In this document: piece after piece, positions 1 through 12,754 of the stretch
Layout of the letters: each line of letters begins with the position of its first letter
Numbering within the stretch: the first letter of the stretch is position 1
Source of the DNA: Phoronis australis
Taxonomy: Eukaryota; Animalia; Phoronida
NCBI GenBank assembly: GCA_002633005.1
Contig: NMRA01000141.1
Location: 793,609-857,608 of the forward strand
DNA: 64,000 nt
Direction of reading: 5' to 3'
Made by a program: the position numbers and the translations under genes
The notes under the pieces: model-generated
Seen by the model: the letters and a program-made list of their open reading frames with translations, nothing else
Told to the model about the DNA's origin: nothing
Databases searched by the model: none

Positions 1-779
1 GCAAAGGCCATAGGGACAATGCAGTGAGACTTAGAGGCAAATGTGAAGTATTTCTAGCCATACCAGGGACTTCTCAAGCAAATGAGATCCTACTTGTACC
101 CAAATTTCAATAAATTCACATTCATTCTTTCAAGACCAAGATTATTCTTGAAATCATATTAGTTTTGCAAATTCACAATAGGTGGCAAAAGCATAGTTTG
201 TGGGCTCACAATAGTTGGATTCATCCCAATATCAACATCATGTGTACCCTACTCAATGGGAACACAATTTATACTACAGTTCATGAAGATCCACCAATCA
301 GCGAGGTAGATAATAAGACACAGGCAAGGAAAAACGACTTTGCCTCTAAGGGGCGTCACAGGAGTTGACCTCATCTCAAAATCTATGTCATTTGTGACCA
401 TTTCAATAGTAACACATCTGAAAAAATTCCGTAAGATCTTTCAACCATTCCGTCAGAGAGGGAGGCTCAAAAAATAAAAATGACTGCCAGGGGGCACAGA
501 ATATGTTGTATCCACACAAAAGTGAGAATGAGACATTGTCTCCAAATTTCATGAAAATCCGACAAGGAACTATTAAAGTAGATATAAAATCTCATGTAAA
601 AAATAAAATTGCCACTAGGGGGAACAGCGGTAATGGAATCTGTCTGAAAATTTGTGTTTGCCATCCAATCCATGATAAGAGAAGGATGGATGGAGATGAT
701 GGCATAATGCACCCACATATACATGTATGCAGAGGCATAAAAACACAACATGCAATAAACATAGAAACAAACACTGCAC

Positions 780-3700
780 CTGTCGTTCCCACGTCTCCTT
801 GAAGACGTCCATATTTTCTTGAGCCACCTTGGACTTCGGCCTGGCAGCAAGGATTCGTGCAGCATTAATGACCTGGGGGCACAGAGCCTCGATCTGGGCT
901 GCGGCCAATCGTACGAGCTTCACCCCTTCTTCATTGTTTGACATGGAACAAGCCAGGTTGGCCACCTATGGGTACATACTGAAGATTACCTCATGACTTT
1001 CCAAGTTAATGACAAGACCAAACAATCCGCAAAGAGCAATCTAACTCTTTACTTAATATAACAGATTTTTAAAAATTCAAAAATGACAATTGAAACCAGT
1101 GAAAACTGTAACCCAAAATTTGCAACTTTTCCCCTTTAGTCTCACTGTAAATATCTGTTTGTCCGCTGCTGTCTTTATCAAAGATGACCTGAAGCCATAC
1201 ACAATGTTGTCATCCTCAAACTAGTGTTGGTAAACGTGCTACATGAGCATTATTTGACCAAATTTCTTTCAACTTTCTTTGCTTTTGTCACCAGGGCCCA
1301 AGACTTCACACTTTATTCAAAAATAAAGAAACTGACCAATCATGTGGCAGGCTTCATTCAGTTGTCAAATTTCATGCCAATTGATTGGTCAATAATTGAG
1401 TAAAGTCTTGCGTTAAGTTTGGTGATTGTATCAACCAATCTTGGAAGTATTGTGAAAAATTGAAAAATAATCACAACTGTTTGTCAAAATATTTCTACTC
1501 AGAATTTTCCTTTACCATTACGACAACACTATTCTGGAGTGTTAGTAACGAGTGAAATAACATTTACCTCGACTAATTTGTTGGCATGTTCAGTGAAGAC
1601 TTCTGCATATTCCTCTACTTCGCGTTCATTACCGGCACGTGCAGCCTCAATGAGCACCAACAGGGGGACGTTAGTCTCCAGGAACGAGTCGGACACATGA
1701 TCAACTACCGCCTTACGCAGCTATAGGAAAAAAACAACATACAAAACGAATAAGTATAAAATTGCACTATTGATTAGACATCCAAGATAATGCCCCCACT
1801 TTGTAGGTTTTCAATTTAAACTGCAGGGGTGCCAAGAATACAAATTTGAAAATGGCACACCTATGCATGGCATGTAATTTGATTTGTCAATCACCAATAA
1901 CTTGAGATCAGATGAGCTTGGGAATGTTTAAAACACCAAACCTCTTCAGTTAAAAAAAATTGAGTATAGACAGCTAAACAGGGACGAAGCACAGCCTTAA
2001 CTGAAAAATAAAGCCTCAATATTAGGGTTCAACTTTACTTAATAGATGGATTAAAACCATCTTCCCAAGTGTTGACTTTAATTCCATGTTCCTACCTGTC
2101 TTCGCAAATCTCGCGTCTTCTTACACATGTTCTCGATGGCGTGGTCCAGAGATTCTGTCGGTTCTTTGCGTCCTGCCTAAAAACAAAACATAAAATCAGC
2201 AACACATACAATGCCATGCATCTATTTTGAACAAGACACAGTATGTTTCGGAAGTTCCATAATTCACAACATGAACAAGTTTTCCCACAATTTCAGAACA
2301 GACTATTAAAATTTCATTTCTACAATTTAGTCAGTTTCCAAGCATGTCATGCAAAAACAACTTTGTGATTATTTTATGTGGTCAAAAATTAGTACACCAT
2401 GCATGTTATTAGGTAACAAATTCTAAAAGGATTTCTAGCTAAGCTTCTAGTATTTTATTATGAAAGGCAAAGGTGAAATGGACGTTAGTGTGACCAAAGT
2501 GATAGCTATTGTTTCACTCCTTTTACTTTTGACAGTCACATGATAACAAGAGCTTGCAACCAATCACCATAACACACAACAACTCTGTCGTGATTCAAGA
2601 ATCCGTGTTCAGTCATTGGTGTATCCTGAGATCACATGACTTGCTTTCCGTACATCACAGAAGTTATTACCCCCAAAACCATCATTACAGTTGGTTCATC
2701 AAACAGGGACAATAAGTCAATGGTTGCAAGCAGTTTATACCGTTTAATGATTGTGACAGAAATCTACCATGTGGCACAGCAAACTATAAGATAAGCCCCA
2801 AAATAGACCATTTGTTATACTCTAACAAGAATCAACCCAATGAGTGGTAAAACGTTGAGGCGAAAAAATAGCAAGTAAAACCATTTGTGGAACAAATGCT
2901 CATAGTAAAAGACCTCTAAAACAGCATTGGCTATTAGAGGCACCCATTATGATTTCAGGAACAATTCTAAATTTTAAATTGTTTGTCATGCAAAATCAAT
3001 ATCGGCGTGGATGGAATGCGTGAGAGAGGCCAGCATGCAAGCATACTTCTGAGCATGCACTAACTGCCAGTACCTCGACAAAATATGATTTCCTTTTCCC
3101 ACACTAATGGAAGAGAAAAGTAAGAGAAGCGGTAGTCAGAGTAAATGTAAAGAGCAGAAGCCTCTGGCTCCATCCTGTCTAGAGGTTCTACCTAACACAA
3201 TCATCAATAGTAAAGTACTGGGCAGCCCAAGCTGGTCGTAAGATGAAGATGCTACCAAAGTGCTGCAGTTTGAGCCAACAGCCACATGGACTCTATATAA
3301 CAGCTTGGAGGCAAGCAAGTGATTAAGATACTAGATGAAATGACTTAACACTATCCGTATTCAAATGGATTAATGCTCAACTTTCAACACACCCTCTGCT
3401 TCTCAGTTAAAACACCCGTGGCATTAACCAGGACAGATACATTAATTGCATTCATAATTTTAGATAACAAATCCGTGCAAGGTTATGTTCATAAAAGCCG
3501 GTCTTAGATAAGCAATCCCTTCCCTTCCTTGCACCAGATCTACGGTACATTTATTTAGTGACATCAACACCTGCAAGTAGAAAATATTCCTTATCGTTTA
3601 CATGAACATAATACGTGGATAAACATTACATTGTTCATATACTCTGTCAGCAAGTCCTGAAGAGCTTGTCTGACAGCGTTGCACTCCTGAACGATGCGTT

Positions 3701-5937
3701 CCCGACGCTCATTACGCGTACACGACGAGTCGGCCATCAGAGCGGCGCCACTGATGATACTCTCCAGCCTCTCTTCCAGCGACGGGCGGGCGCGACCATC
3801 ATTGTACTGGCTCGGGTCCATGATGATCTTGTCCTATAGCAAAATAAGTTTAATTGTAATGTTAGATTAAAGCAGGTTAAGAGTTCGAGTGCAATCTACA
3901 TACCGGTGATATACCAGTATTTCATGATAATCACAGTGATGATTTTGAACTAAGACGATGCATATATCAGCTTCTTCGAACCCTTTGGATAGCCAACATT
4001 TCAGTATAAATTGCGAGCTTTTCCCAGCCAAGTTAAAGATTCAATTGAGTCCAGATTTTTTCCAGTTGTATAAAAACTATGAATTTGTGGGTCACTTTAA
4101 AACTCTACTTTCCCAAGAAACAAAACAAAACAATGTCTTACATCGAACTCATCCAGAGCAGCAGCCAGTTCACCAGCGCCCTCAAAGGGGTGTGGCTCAG
4201 ATGGCCCGCCCGCTTGGGCCACATCTCCTATAGTGTGCACAGCATCACACACTTCTTTGTAGATGAAGTCACGGTTGGCCTTGGCAGCAGCCAACTCAGG
4301 GTGACGCACGTAAGCCTGAAATGAAGGTAACGAGGAAATGAGGAAAACGGGTATTGCATATTGTTTAAAAAATGCATCAGTTTGAGATGTTTTCCAAAAT
4401 TCTCATAACATGGCAGTCACATCATTGGCAAAAAATCACCCCAAAGCCGCTGAAATGTTTCATCTGGGCGTCTGCAAGATTTAACTACTCAGACCTTGAA
4501 CCACATCCAAAGGTTTACCTTAAAAATCGGAAAATGTTATCGAGTCAACACCAAGACATTCGAAAACATGGGGTGTTACGATATTTTGTCAAGATGGGCA
4601 AAAATACTTTTGGATACATATCATGTCAAGCACGTGCAAACTGAACGTTCAGCATCAGGTCAGAAATCAAATTAAAGGGTCCAGTGGCAGATTTAGAGGG
4701 GGCCCAAGGGGGCCATGGCCCCCCTAAAACTCTCCCAGATTCCATTTGGCAATTGGGGATGCAAATGTCAGACGACAAAAATCCTGGTTANACAGCAGCC
4801 AACATTTCATTTCTGATCTCAGGATTCTCCTGCGCAATTTCCTCTCCCTTCTCAATGAAGTTGTGTGTAGCCTTCTGTACAGCCGCACTGAGCACGTGTG
4901 CTTTCTTAGAACGACCCTTCTTCTTGTTAGATGGGCCCTTCTGATTGACCAAAGTGGTCACCTGAAAATCAAAAGAAACTATGTTACACGACAGACCATC
5001 AAACACAGCTCCTGGTCTACCGCCAGTCAATCTGGCTGTCTAAACACCTACAATAATATTAAGTAACATACAGGCTTACAGTGGAGGCTCATATTATCCG
5101 GATAGTAGGCACAGCTAGTACAGTACAGGTACAAAAGCTTCTGTCCAGACAGTTATATGGCCCCAAAATCGAGGGCCCTGAAGTGAAACCTTGTAGATTC
5201 TCAAAACATGGTCTGGCGATAGCTATGGCATTACGGTGAAGCATTAATTTGGAGCAACTTGCCCTTTAAGCTGGATTTAGCCCTGTTTAGCTGTCAAGTA
5301 ATTCAAGTAGTTAAATAAAGAGAAACAGAGTTTAAAATGTTATGTCTAAGCATCCCTGAATTGGTGACGAATGAGTGAGTGCGTACATATTGCTCATGAG
5401 CATGGGCAACAGGATATCTGTCATTAACCTCTGTGTGAACAAAACGCGGTATGTCAAGTGGGGTCAGTCATATGTATTCAATGAAATGGTCATTATCGTG
5501 ACATGTGTTTTCAACGGATTTCCCAGCATGCCACTTTCAAATTTCAGGGTTTGCCAACAGCAATAAAATCAGTGATATTCCGATGTTTTTGATCTGTTGT
5601 ACTTTATTAGTACAACCATATTTGACATCCTTTATTAAGAGTAAAAGGCCAAACTTGATTTTAGTTTTGTAGTTAGCTAAAAAGGATGAAATAGAGCTTT
5701 GAGAAAAATTGGGATTTTCAAAAACTTTCATTTCTTCTAAACTGGTGAAATTTTAACGTATTCATTTGGGAAAGTGTCAAGCGCTAAACATATCTATATA
5801 GAGAACTAGCCATCAATGTCTAAAACTCATCATACTTGTGTAACAAGTGGTTCCAATGTCTTCTCCACAGACTTTGTGCGAATCTCCAAATTTTTTGGGT
5901 CCCATCGGACACCAAGAGAGCCAATTGGCTGGCTCAT
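780..5937 (-). CDS. CTNNA: Alpha-catenin (vinculin family); 3' end lies beyond the window start; internal exons missing at assembly gap N4791
   Basis: Spliced exons (all GT-AG, phase 0): 5937-5836 MSQPIGSLGVRWDPKNLEIRTKSVEKTLEPLVTQ; 4961-~4792 VTTLVNQKGPSNKKKGRSKKAHVLSAAVQKATHNFIEKGEEIAQEN...(cut by N); 4315-4142 AYVRHPELAAAKANRD...LDEFD; 3833-3630 ...RPSLEERLESIISGAALMADSSCTR...EYMNN; 2176-2096 AGRK...KKTRDLRRQ; 1720-1568 LRKAVVDHVSDSFLETNVPLLVLIEAA...KLVE; 965-780 VANLACSMSNNEEGVKLVR...WERQ. Near-identical to hallmark alpha-catenin motifs. Confidence 0.97.
4682..4790 (+). mobile_element. Truncated hAT-like MITE (same family as 53639-53796), cut by the single-N join
   Basis: CAGTGGCAGATTTAGAGGGGG...CTCCCAGATTCCATTTGGC...AAAATCCTGG aligns with 53639-53750; ends at N4791. 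Confidence 0.75.
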
Positions 5938-6649
5938 GGTCTCAATCTGGTGAAACTCCCTGCAAAACAAGGCGGTAAAATGACTCAGAAATGTAACCTA
6001 TAAAATGAATTGAAAGTAAAATTGTATACAATCAGTGTGTCAAAAAAGAAATGTGGAGTGCTGCAATTTTTACAGGGCACACAGACTAACTACTTTTAAA
6101 AACAGTTAAAGTGAATTATTGTATACATCAACATACCACATTATCAAACATTGAATGTGCAGCTTGTATGTAACGAAAGGAGTAGGCCTAACTGGCATAT
6201 AAACAGCTAATGGCCTTTGAGATATCTGCCACGCATTTGTCATCGAGGGAGTGACTCACCAAGAAGGAATTCAAATAACAAACACCACTACACCAGGACC
6301 AGTTTCAGAAAACCCTCTCCAGTCTCCGAACACTTCGTCGTTAGCAAAAAAAAATGATTAACCTGTTATAAAGAGTTCAAAAAGCCTCGTGTCGATATCA
6401 CGACAAAGTGTATGACAAGACTGTTGACTGCAGTACATCACTGCACACCTGTGTCTGTGAGTGCGAGGCCCATCAGGCATCGATGCGATTGAACATTGAA
6501 TCAAACCGGTGAATCCAATCAGTCAGGGCACTATATGAAACTGGTACACTTTGAGCTGATTATGAATCTGCTTGTGTCGAGGTAATAATGGTTTATATCT
6601 TATGAACAAACATTCTCTGATCAATAAAACAAAACGTTTTTATACAAAC

Positions 6650-7110
6650 CGTTAAAGAGCTCACTATGAAGCTGGATTAGGCTTCTCAACTGAGCCGGTC
6701 GATGAGTCAAACGCACTCCCCAAAACTGCTTAAGCTAACAATTTTTCAATAATGTTTCGAAAACAAAATGTTCAAAATCTTGGCGAATATCTTCAACGTA
6801 AAAGTTAAAAAATTAAGTGTAATTTCTAGTGGTTGTTGATCATTATTTTTTAATCAGGAGTACATTTAGTGTAAATATTAGCGGGTAATGTACAATAGAT
6901 AGAACAGCTATACACAAGTTGGAATGTGGTCACGTGATTTTATTATGGAATCTCTAATGTTGAAGAACAATTTGTCTTATACCGGAACAGAGGTTGCAAA
7001 CAGAAAACGCATTCCGTTACCGGTGTCCGATGTTCGTCACCATATCGAGTCGACTGTTTTCCGTTTTGTCTGTGAGTACATGATGTCTGCTTCGTCCACA
7101 GGTGATATCA
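6650..7110. promoter_or_regulatory. Probable bidirectional promoter region, alpha-catenin / BRF2
   Basis: CpG-richer tract between the divergent genes. E-box GTCACGTGAT at ~6929 and ETS-like CCGGAA at ~6982. Candidate 5'UTR donors at ~7072 (GTGAGT, +) and ~6259 (GTGAGT, -). TSS positions are inferred. Confidence 0.4.
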
Positions 7111-7314
7111 TACCTCCATAAAAAGTACACGTGTTCTTGTCTGGCTGTGGAGTCGGCTGTCGGCATAGCCATAGCCTGGCATAGCCTCGCATAGCGGGCG
7201 GTGCCTAGCCTAGGCTGCCGCTATGCTGTGATATAGGATATGGGATGGCCACTACCCCCGACACTATCTCTAAAATAGTCTGATACTAGTACTGGGGCTG
7301 CTGTGCGTTAACTT

Positions 7315-7666
7315 GGAACCCTGCTTGATCTCAAGATCCCGTATGCGTGAACTTGGCATTGAATATTCATTTGGGTTATCAGGGGAATTTTTTGTTCAGT
7401 GTAAAGAATTTTTGTATGGCCTTCAGGGCCCTCATGATCACCCCTCTTTTAGTACCATAACTTGTGTCAAAGAATTGGAGGAATTTGTGACTGGTTAAAT
7501 CTTATATTGTCTGCCTGAAATTTACGTTATTTTACATTAACTTGTAATTTGGTTAGTGCAGCGCAAACTTTTATCTACTTGAACGTGATTATTTGAGTGA
7601 ACTTGTCAAGTTTCATGGTGAACTCCAAGTTAACGCATACGGGATCTTGAGATTAAGCAAGATTCC
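7315..7666. mobile_element. MITE-like element with ~42-bp imperfect terminal inverted repeats
   Basis: GGAACCCTGCTTGATCTCAAGATCCCGTATGCGTGAACTTGG (7315-7356) is the reverse complement of CCAAGTTAACGCATACGGGATCTTGAGATTAAGCAAGATTCC (7625-7666). No TSD resolved. Confidence 0.65.
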
Positions 7667-7823
7667 TGAGCACTGAACACCACTATTTGGGACGTTGGAA
7701 TTGTCAGTGTTCTTATTGGTAACGGAAATAGAATACTCTGAGACTGACTTTGTGGAAGCAAAACTACAAAAGCCCTAATTAATTGTTTTTCGTTTATTAA
7801 CCATCGATGAACAGCGCGAAATG

Positions 7824-8018
7824 TAGATATTGACAACCGTCTCTACCTTCTTAGCTGAGGAGTTTGTTTCGAATTGGAAGGAATTAAAGACACTGACAGG
7901 CTCCTAAGGTGTCTCTCTATGCTTATAAAAACATGACTTTGACGTTTTAGTCAGTGTGAGACAAATTTTGCCGAAAAGCTTCCAGCTGGGGCCAGCTAGA
8001 GATGGTGGTCACTGTGTA
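7824..8018. mobile_element. Short MITE of the TAGACAGTG(A/C)CA-terminus family
   Basis: Left end TAGATATTGACAACCGTCTCTA, right end reverse complement TACACAGTGACCACCATCTCTA. Internal GGAAGGAATT-AAGACA...CTCCTAAGG is shared with 24880-24950. Confidence 0.55.
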
Positions 8019-8229
8019 CACAAAATGCAACTTCACTTGGAGTTGCTGAACAACAACATCTAACCCTTGTGATATAATTCAAGCTCAACATTATAAGTAG
8101 TTGGGTATGTTGGTTGGACTTGTAGCCACTACCTAACTGAGTGGAATATAATTACGTTTTGCCTATTTCTAACAAATAATAATACTTTGAATTACGCCTG
8201 GGGTCTGAGCTTTTTCCAAGAATATTTAG

Positions 8230-9000
8230 GCAATTACATCGCCCTGTATGCCCTGTATGCTGCAGGCATACATGGGCAATAGTACATCCTCACAAAAAGT
8301 TACTCATTTCAAAATACAGCAAATAAAATCAAATGAACCATACATATAGGAACATGGAGTTATAATTAACACATACCATGACTCTGGATTCAATTTAGTC
8401 AGCAAAACTTGGAACAAATTGATGAAAATCTGTCGCGGTTTGATCGAGTTTCTCTTACCAGGTGCCATTTTGAGGAAGGTACGTGAAATCATGCATGTTG
8501 ACGAATAAAAAGTCCAAAGGACACAAATTTCAACTGATACCTTCTCATGCTATTTTGCAAGTGTCACGCACCTGTGTCACGCACCTGTGTCACGCACCTT
8601 CGCTCAGTCTTGCGCTAGCCTTTGCCTAACTCACATGACTCAGATGACCTACTTAAGGTTATCGCGAGCGTGGTGAAAAAGTTAACCAAAAAGGCAACCA
8701 AAAAGGTTTAGTTGGAATTCTTCGCCAAAGTCACCTTAATTCTCACAACCAAACTTCATCGAAGATATGTATAGAAGTAGAAAGGACCAATGAAGAAAGT
8801 AAGCGCTTTTTTAAGTGATAATTTTAAGTGTGGAATGTATTTTTGACGAGGTGAAAACTCAAAATCGGTGGCCGGATTTGGCCTACCGCCTCTTAAAATA
8901 CATGTAACGAAATGCGTACAGAAAGCAAATGGAAGTATTGTAGCCCCTAAATGGCCAACTGAGTGGCTACGTGTTGGCTAAAGAATATTCTGCTGTCATT
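8230..9000 (+). mobile_element. Interspersed non-autonomous repeat (family B) ending GGCTACGTGTTGGCTA
   Basis: Colinear with 56994-58285 (AAAAGTTACTCATTTCAAAATACAGC...GCCAAAGTCACCTTAATT...GAAGTATTGTAGCCCCTAA) and partly with 27170-27300. Confidence 0.75.
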
Positions 9001-9080
9001 TGATACAGAACTTCTTTTTCCTTCTCAGCTAAATAGTAAAGTGAGTTGTAAATTGTCTGATTTCAGACTAAGTGACCAAC

Positions 9081-12000
9081 ATGTCAAGCGACAAAGACAT
9101 TTGCAAGGAGTGCGATGCCATTGGCTCCATCATAACAGACTGTCATGGCGGACACGAGCAGTTGGTGTGTCAAGACTGTGGTTGTGTATTCAATCAGACA
9201 ATGTTCGCATCACAACCTCAAGATGACGGAGGTACACCTGGCCAGTTTATACTGCAACAGTCGAATCCTCTTTACAACCAGCTGTCTCAGACCTTTCTAA
9301 ATCACCTGTTGTTACCATATTTAGCTGCAACCAAAGCAACATGGATGCAATATGTTGACTGGGGCCTTGCGGCATCAAACGTTATAATCACGCAATTTTT
9401 ATGAACCAAGTTCGTTGTATTGCGGTTTGACTGTATTGGTCTCAATGATAAAAAAGAAACTTTTTAGACGTGCAAAATTTCAAGAACTAGGTAACATGTT
9501 GATCAATTTTCCATTTTTCACCTCATGTGTATGTCTCTTGAACTGTAAGTTGAACATTGAAGGATGGGTATCTGTGCCAGAAGCGAACCACTTTGCTCGT
9601 TTTAATGCTCCTCAGTCTCTAAGGCATGGTGAGAAGAATGCAGAAACCTTGGGACAGCAGAGCGGCTTAAAGAAAATCAGGTGCAGTGGTTGGTTATTCT
9701 CGTCCCATTATCACGGTCATATGTTTCAAATCCTAAACTCTCGTTGACACTACTGTCTATGTACAAATTAAGGTATATTACAATCTGGACCATGTCCGTT
9801 ATGGTCGGTCATGTAAAGTGTCCAAAAATGTCCAATGAAAATAAAGAGATGATAGGTGTGTGTGTGTTATCTTAGTCCAGCTGCAGTGACTCTGGCAAAG
9901 TTTCCCACACTGAGATATGTACCGGTGATTTGAAAATAATCGCATCATTTTGATCTTGATCTTGGTCTTGATTGCCTTTTTAAAGTATCAAAACTAAATT
10001 GAGCACCCTGGTTAGTATAACAATGATGTAAGAATCCAGTGACAGATCACCAAGAGGTGTGAATAATGGCCAAAAAATGCATGCAAATATCATTTGGACA
10101 AATGATTGGGGTTTCTTGCATGTGCCCTAATTTGACTGTACTACTGTACAGTAATGCGTGTATGTTTTTGGAGAGTATAGCTGCGGTGATTGGGAAATTG
10201 AACCTTGACCAATCTTGCAACTATCAAAAATAAATTGAGCTACAGAGGAATCAAGAAAAAAGTCTTAAAAATCTATCAGAAAATTCATGTGTTATGCTTT
10301 GATGTAATTTATGCTAATTAGGGTCTTATAAGGACCTTACTATGAAGGCAAATAAGGGTTGGTGAGATCAGAATTGCTTTCCCTTTGTCAGGATCGAAAA
10401 GCACCTCATAATGGTCATATGTACAAACTATGGTGTTCTCTTCAAAAAGTTGCTCATGAAGACCCCTTAGCCCCATGACCGTTAGTGACAAGTGTTTGTT
10501 CTTAATGTTTGGATGTAAATGTTATAAATTGATTAACTCATTATTAGGGCAACACTTATAGTATGCACTAATGACATACCTTGGTGCTCACATAGCCTGC
10601 ACCATGCAGTGTTATTCTCCAACACCACATCACGATGCTTACTGGACACGGTTGAGTGATTTGCAGTGGATCATTTATGACACAAAACTCGTTCTTAAAA
10701 ACATTTGACAAATTTTCACCCACTTCATATTCACATCGTCGCTCCATGTTGCTTCTTTAACTAATTTGACGATGCAATCAAGGAGATAAGGAATTAGTAT
10801 GCAAGTTCCACTTCAATATCTATCAAGTTCTTTGATGAATCTTTATGAAATTGGAAATGTGTGGTGATATTAAGAAGAGTACAGCTGCTGTAGATTTTTG
10901 GACAGTTCCAATAATGAGATACCCCCAAGTAGCACTTTTTTGTACGTGCCTCAATATCTACCAACTGAGATTCCTTTATGCTGATTTTCATGAACAAAAG
11001 AGAGCTTGTGTGGTATTGGTTTTTAAATAGATTAAACTACTGTAGTGCCCCCTTTTGGCAATTTGGGTTTTCTTTGCATGGGCCTCATTACATCTCAACT
11101 TTATGGTTCCCCATGAAATTTGGTTCATGGCTTTTTATTGAAGAAAACAGCTGGTGTTGATTTTGGACTTACATGACTACTGTGGCGTCCTCTAGAAGCA
11201 AATTGTCATTGAGTCTTCCTTCATCAATGGATCTTCATGAAATTTGGCCCACGTGTTCCTGATGTGGAGACCACAACTGAAAAATAAAGTCACCTTTTAC
11301 ATCTGTACCTTTAGTGCTGCACTTGATGGCTGCAAATCAACGCTCTTCGTTACTCTTTCAAATGTTTGTTTTTGTCATTATCAGGTGCATCTGCTCAACT
11401 CTCAGTCTGCCATCAGAATTGTGTGATGAGGCGAAAGAAATGTTTCGTCGAGTGAATGTCTTTTACAAAAGGACTTCTGTCCTTCTCCGTGAACAGTTGG
11501 CTGCTTGCTGTGTTTACCTCGTCTGCCGTCTTCACAGGAACACGTACGTTGCCGATACTACTTGTGCGATCAGCAACCAATAGCTTCACCTGTTACAGTG
11601 TTGTCTATGTCCCTTTTTTGAGATTTTTTCTCATAATATTTTTAACAGCGTTCTTCTGTCATGCATTCAAGTGCCTGAAATATGACTGCATGTTCAATGA
11701 TGCATAATACATTTTTATTCTTTTGCTGTGTAAATGTTACTGTCACGCTTAGCAAATAGAAGTAGTGTGTTTACTACGGTCCTGTGCATTAACATAACAA
11801 TAAAGATTATGAAATGAAAACACTACCTGCAGATTGAGCCATATTTAGGCTTACTTCAAGAAAACCTTTCTTATAAACATTTTCCAAGATTATGAAATTG
11901 GTGTTCAATGAGATTTCTTGCCAAGTCTCATTTAGCTAAAGACTATGCCACACCTTCCACGGATGAGTATATGCACATCACATAGTTTACAACATTCGTG

Positions 12001-12754
12001 TATCTGTCTAATAGTTTTAAATTGGACCATACTTGTTTACATCAGGTACCCATTCACTGCTCATCAGTTCCTAAAGATGGTCTCGTGGAGTGATCCTCAT
12101 TTCACCAAGCACTTGATGGATATCAAGCGGCAACTCCACTTGGATGTTCCACTGCTCTCCTTGGACCAAATAGTCGCCAGCATCTGTGAGAGAGCGCAGA
12201 TGTCAAATGAAGAGAACATAATGACATGTGAGTTGGCAGAGCTTGTTAAAACTATGTGGAAGTCTAATGGCCCACGTGATGAGGCAGTCGTCCTCTCTTG
12301 TGCCTTTCTCGTTTGGCAGTCATCCAAGTTTGCAGAGAGGTACAAATATAAGCTGCCTGATTTCATCAAGAAATTTTCCTTCACCCCGGTGACTCGGATG
12401 GGCTGTATTGTGAAAGCAATCAGCAACTGGCTGTGTGAGATTGCAGGGAAACTTCCATGGCTTGATACTAAAGTGGATCCAAAGAGAATCTCGTATTACC
12501 TAAAATCCATACTGAGTCATCAACATTGTCTACTGGACAAGTCTATGCAAGGCGCTCGTGATTACTGCCGGGTTAAGAGTAAAGCTGACGATAGCCCATC
12601 TGTAACCAGCGCAGTGAGATATGATTTAGATGACCCAGATTTAACTAATGACTTGTCGGAGTCTGAGGTCAAAGAGTACTTAAGAACAGACGAAGAAGTT
12701 ATAGCATGGACTAAAGCTCAGGAAAAGTTCGGGGGAGATGACGCAGATGACTGA
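9081..12754 (+). CDS. BRF2: TFIIB-related factor 2 (TFIIIB 50-kDa subunit), ~378 aa
   Basis: Exons 9081-9231, 9563-9680, 11385-11543, 12046-12754 (1137 nt, phases consistent). N-terminal Zn ribbon CKEC...LVCQDCGCV, cyclin fold LAACCVYLVCRLHRNTYPFT...LHLDVPLLSL, LPWL motif and C-terminal TBP-anchor DLSESEVKEYLRTDEEV resemble vertebrate BRF2. Confidence 0.88.

Noticed and set aside
8010-8016. CACAGTG RSS-like heptamer suggesting a Transib or RAG-like element
   Set aside because: It is a variant of the TAGACAGTG terminus of a MITE family. No nonamer, no paired signal and no RAG-like ORF.
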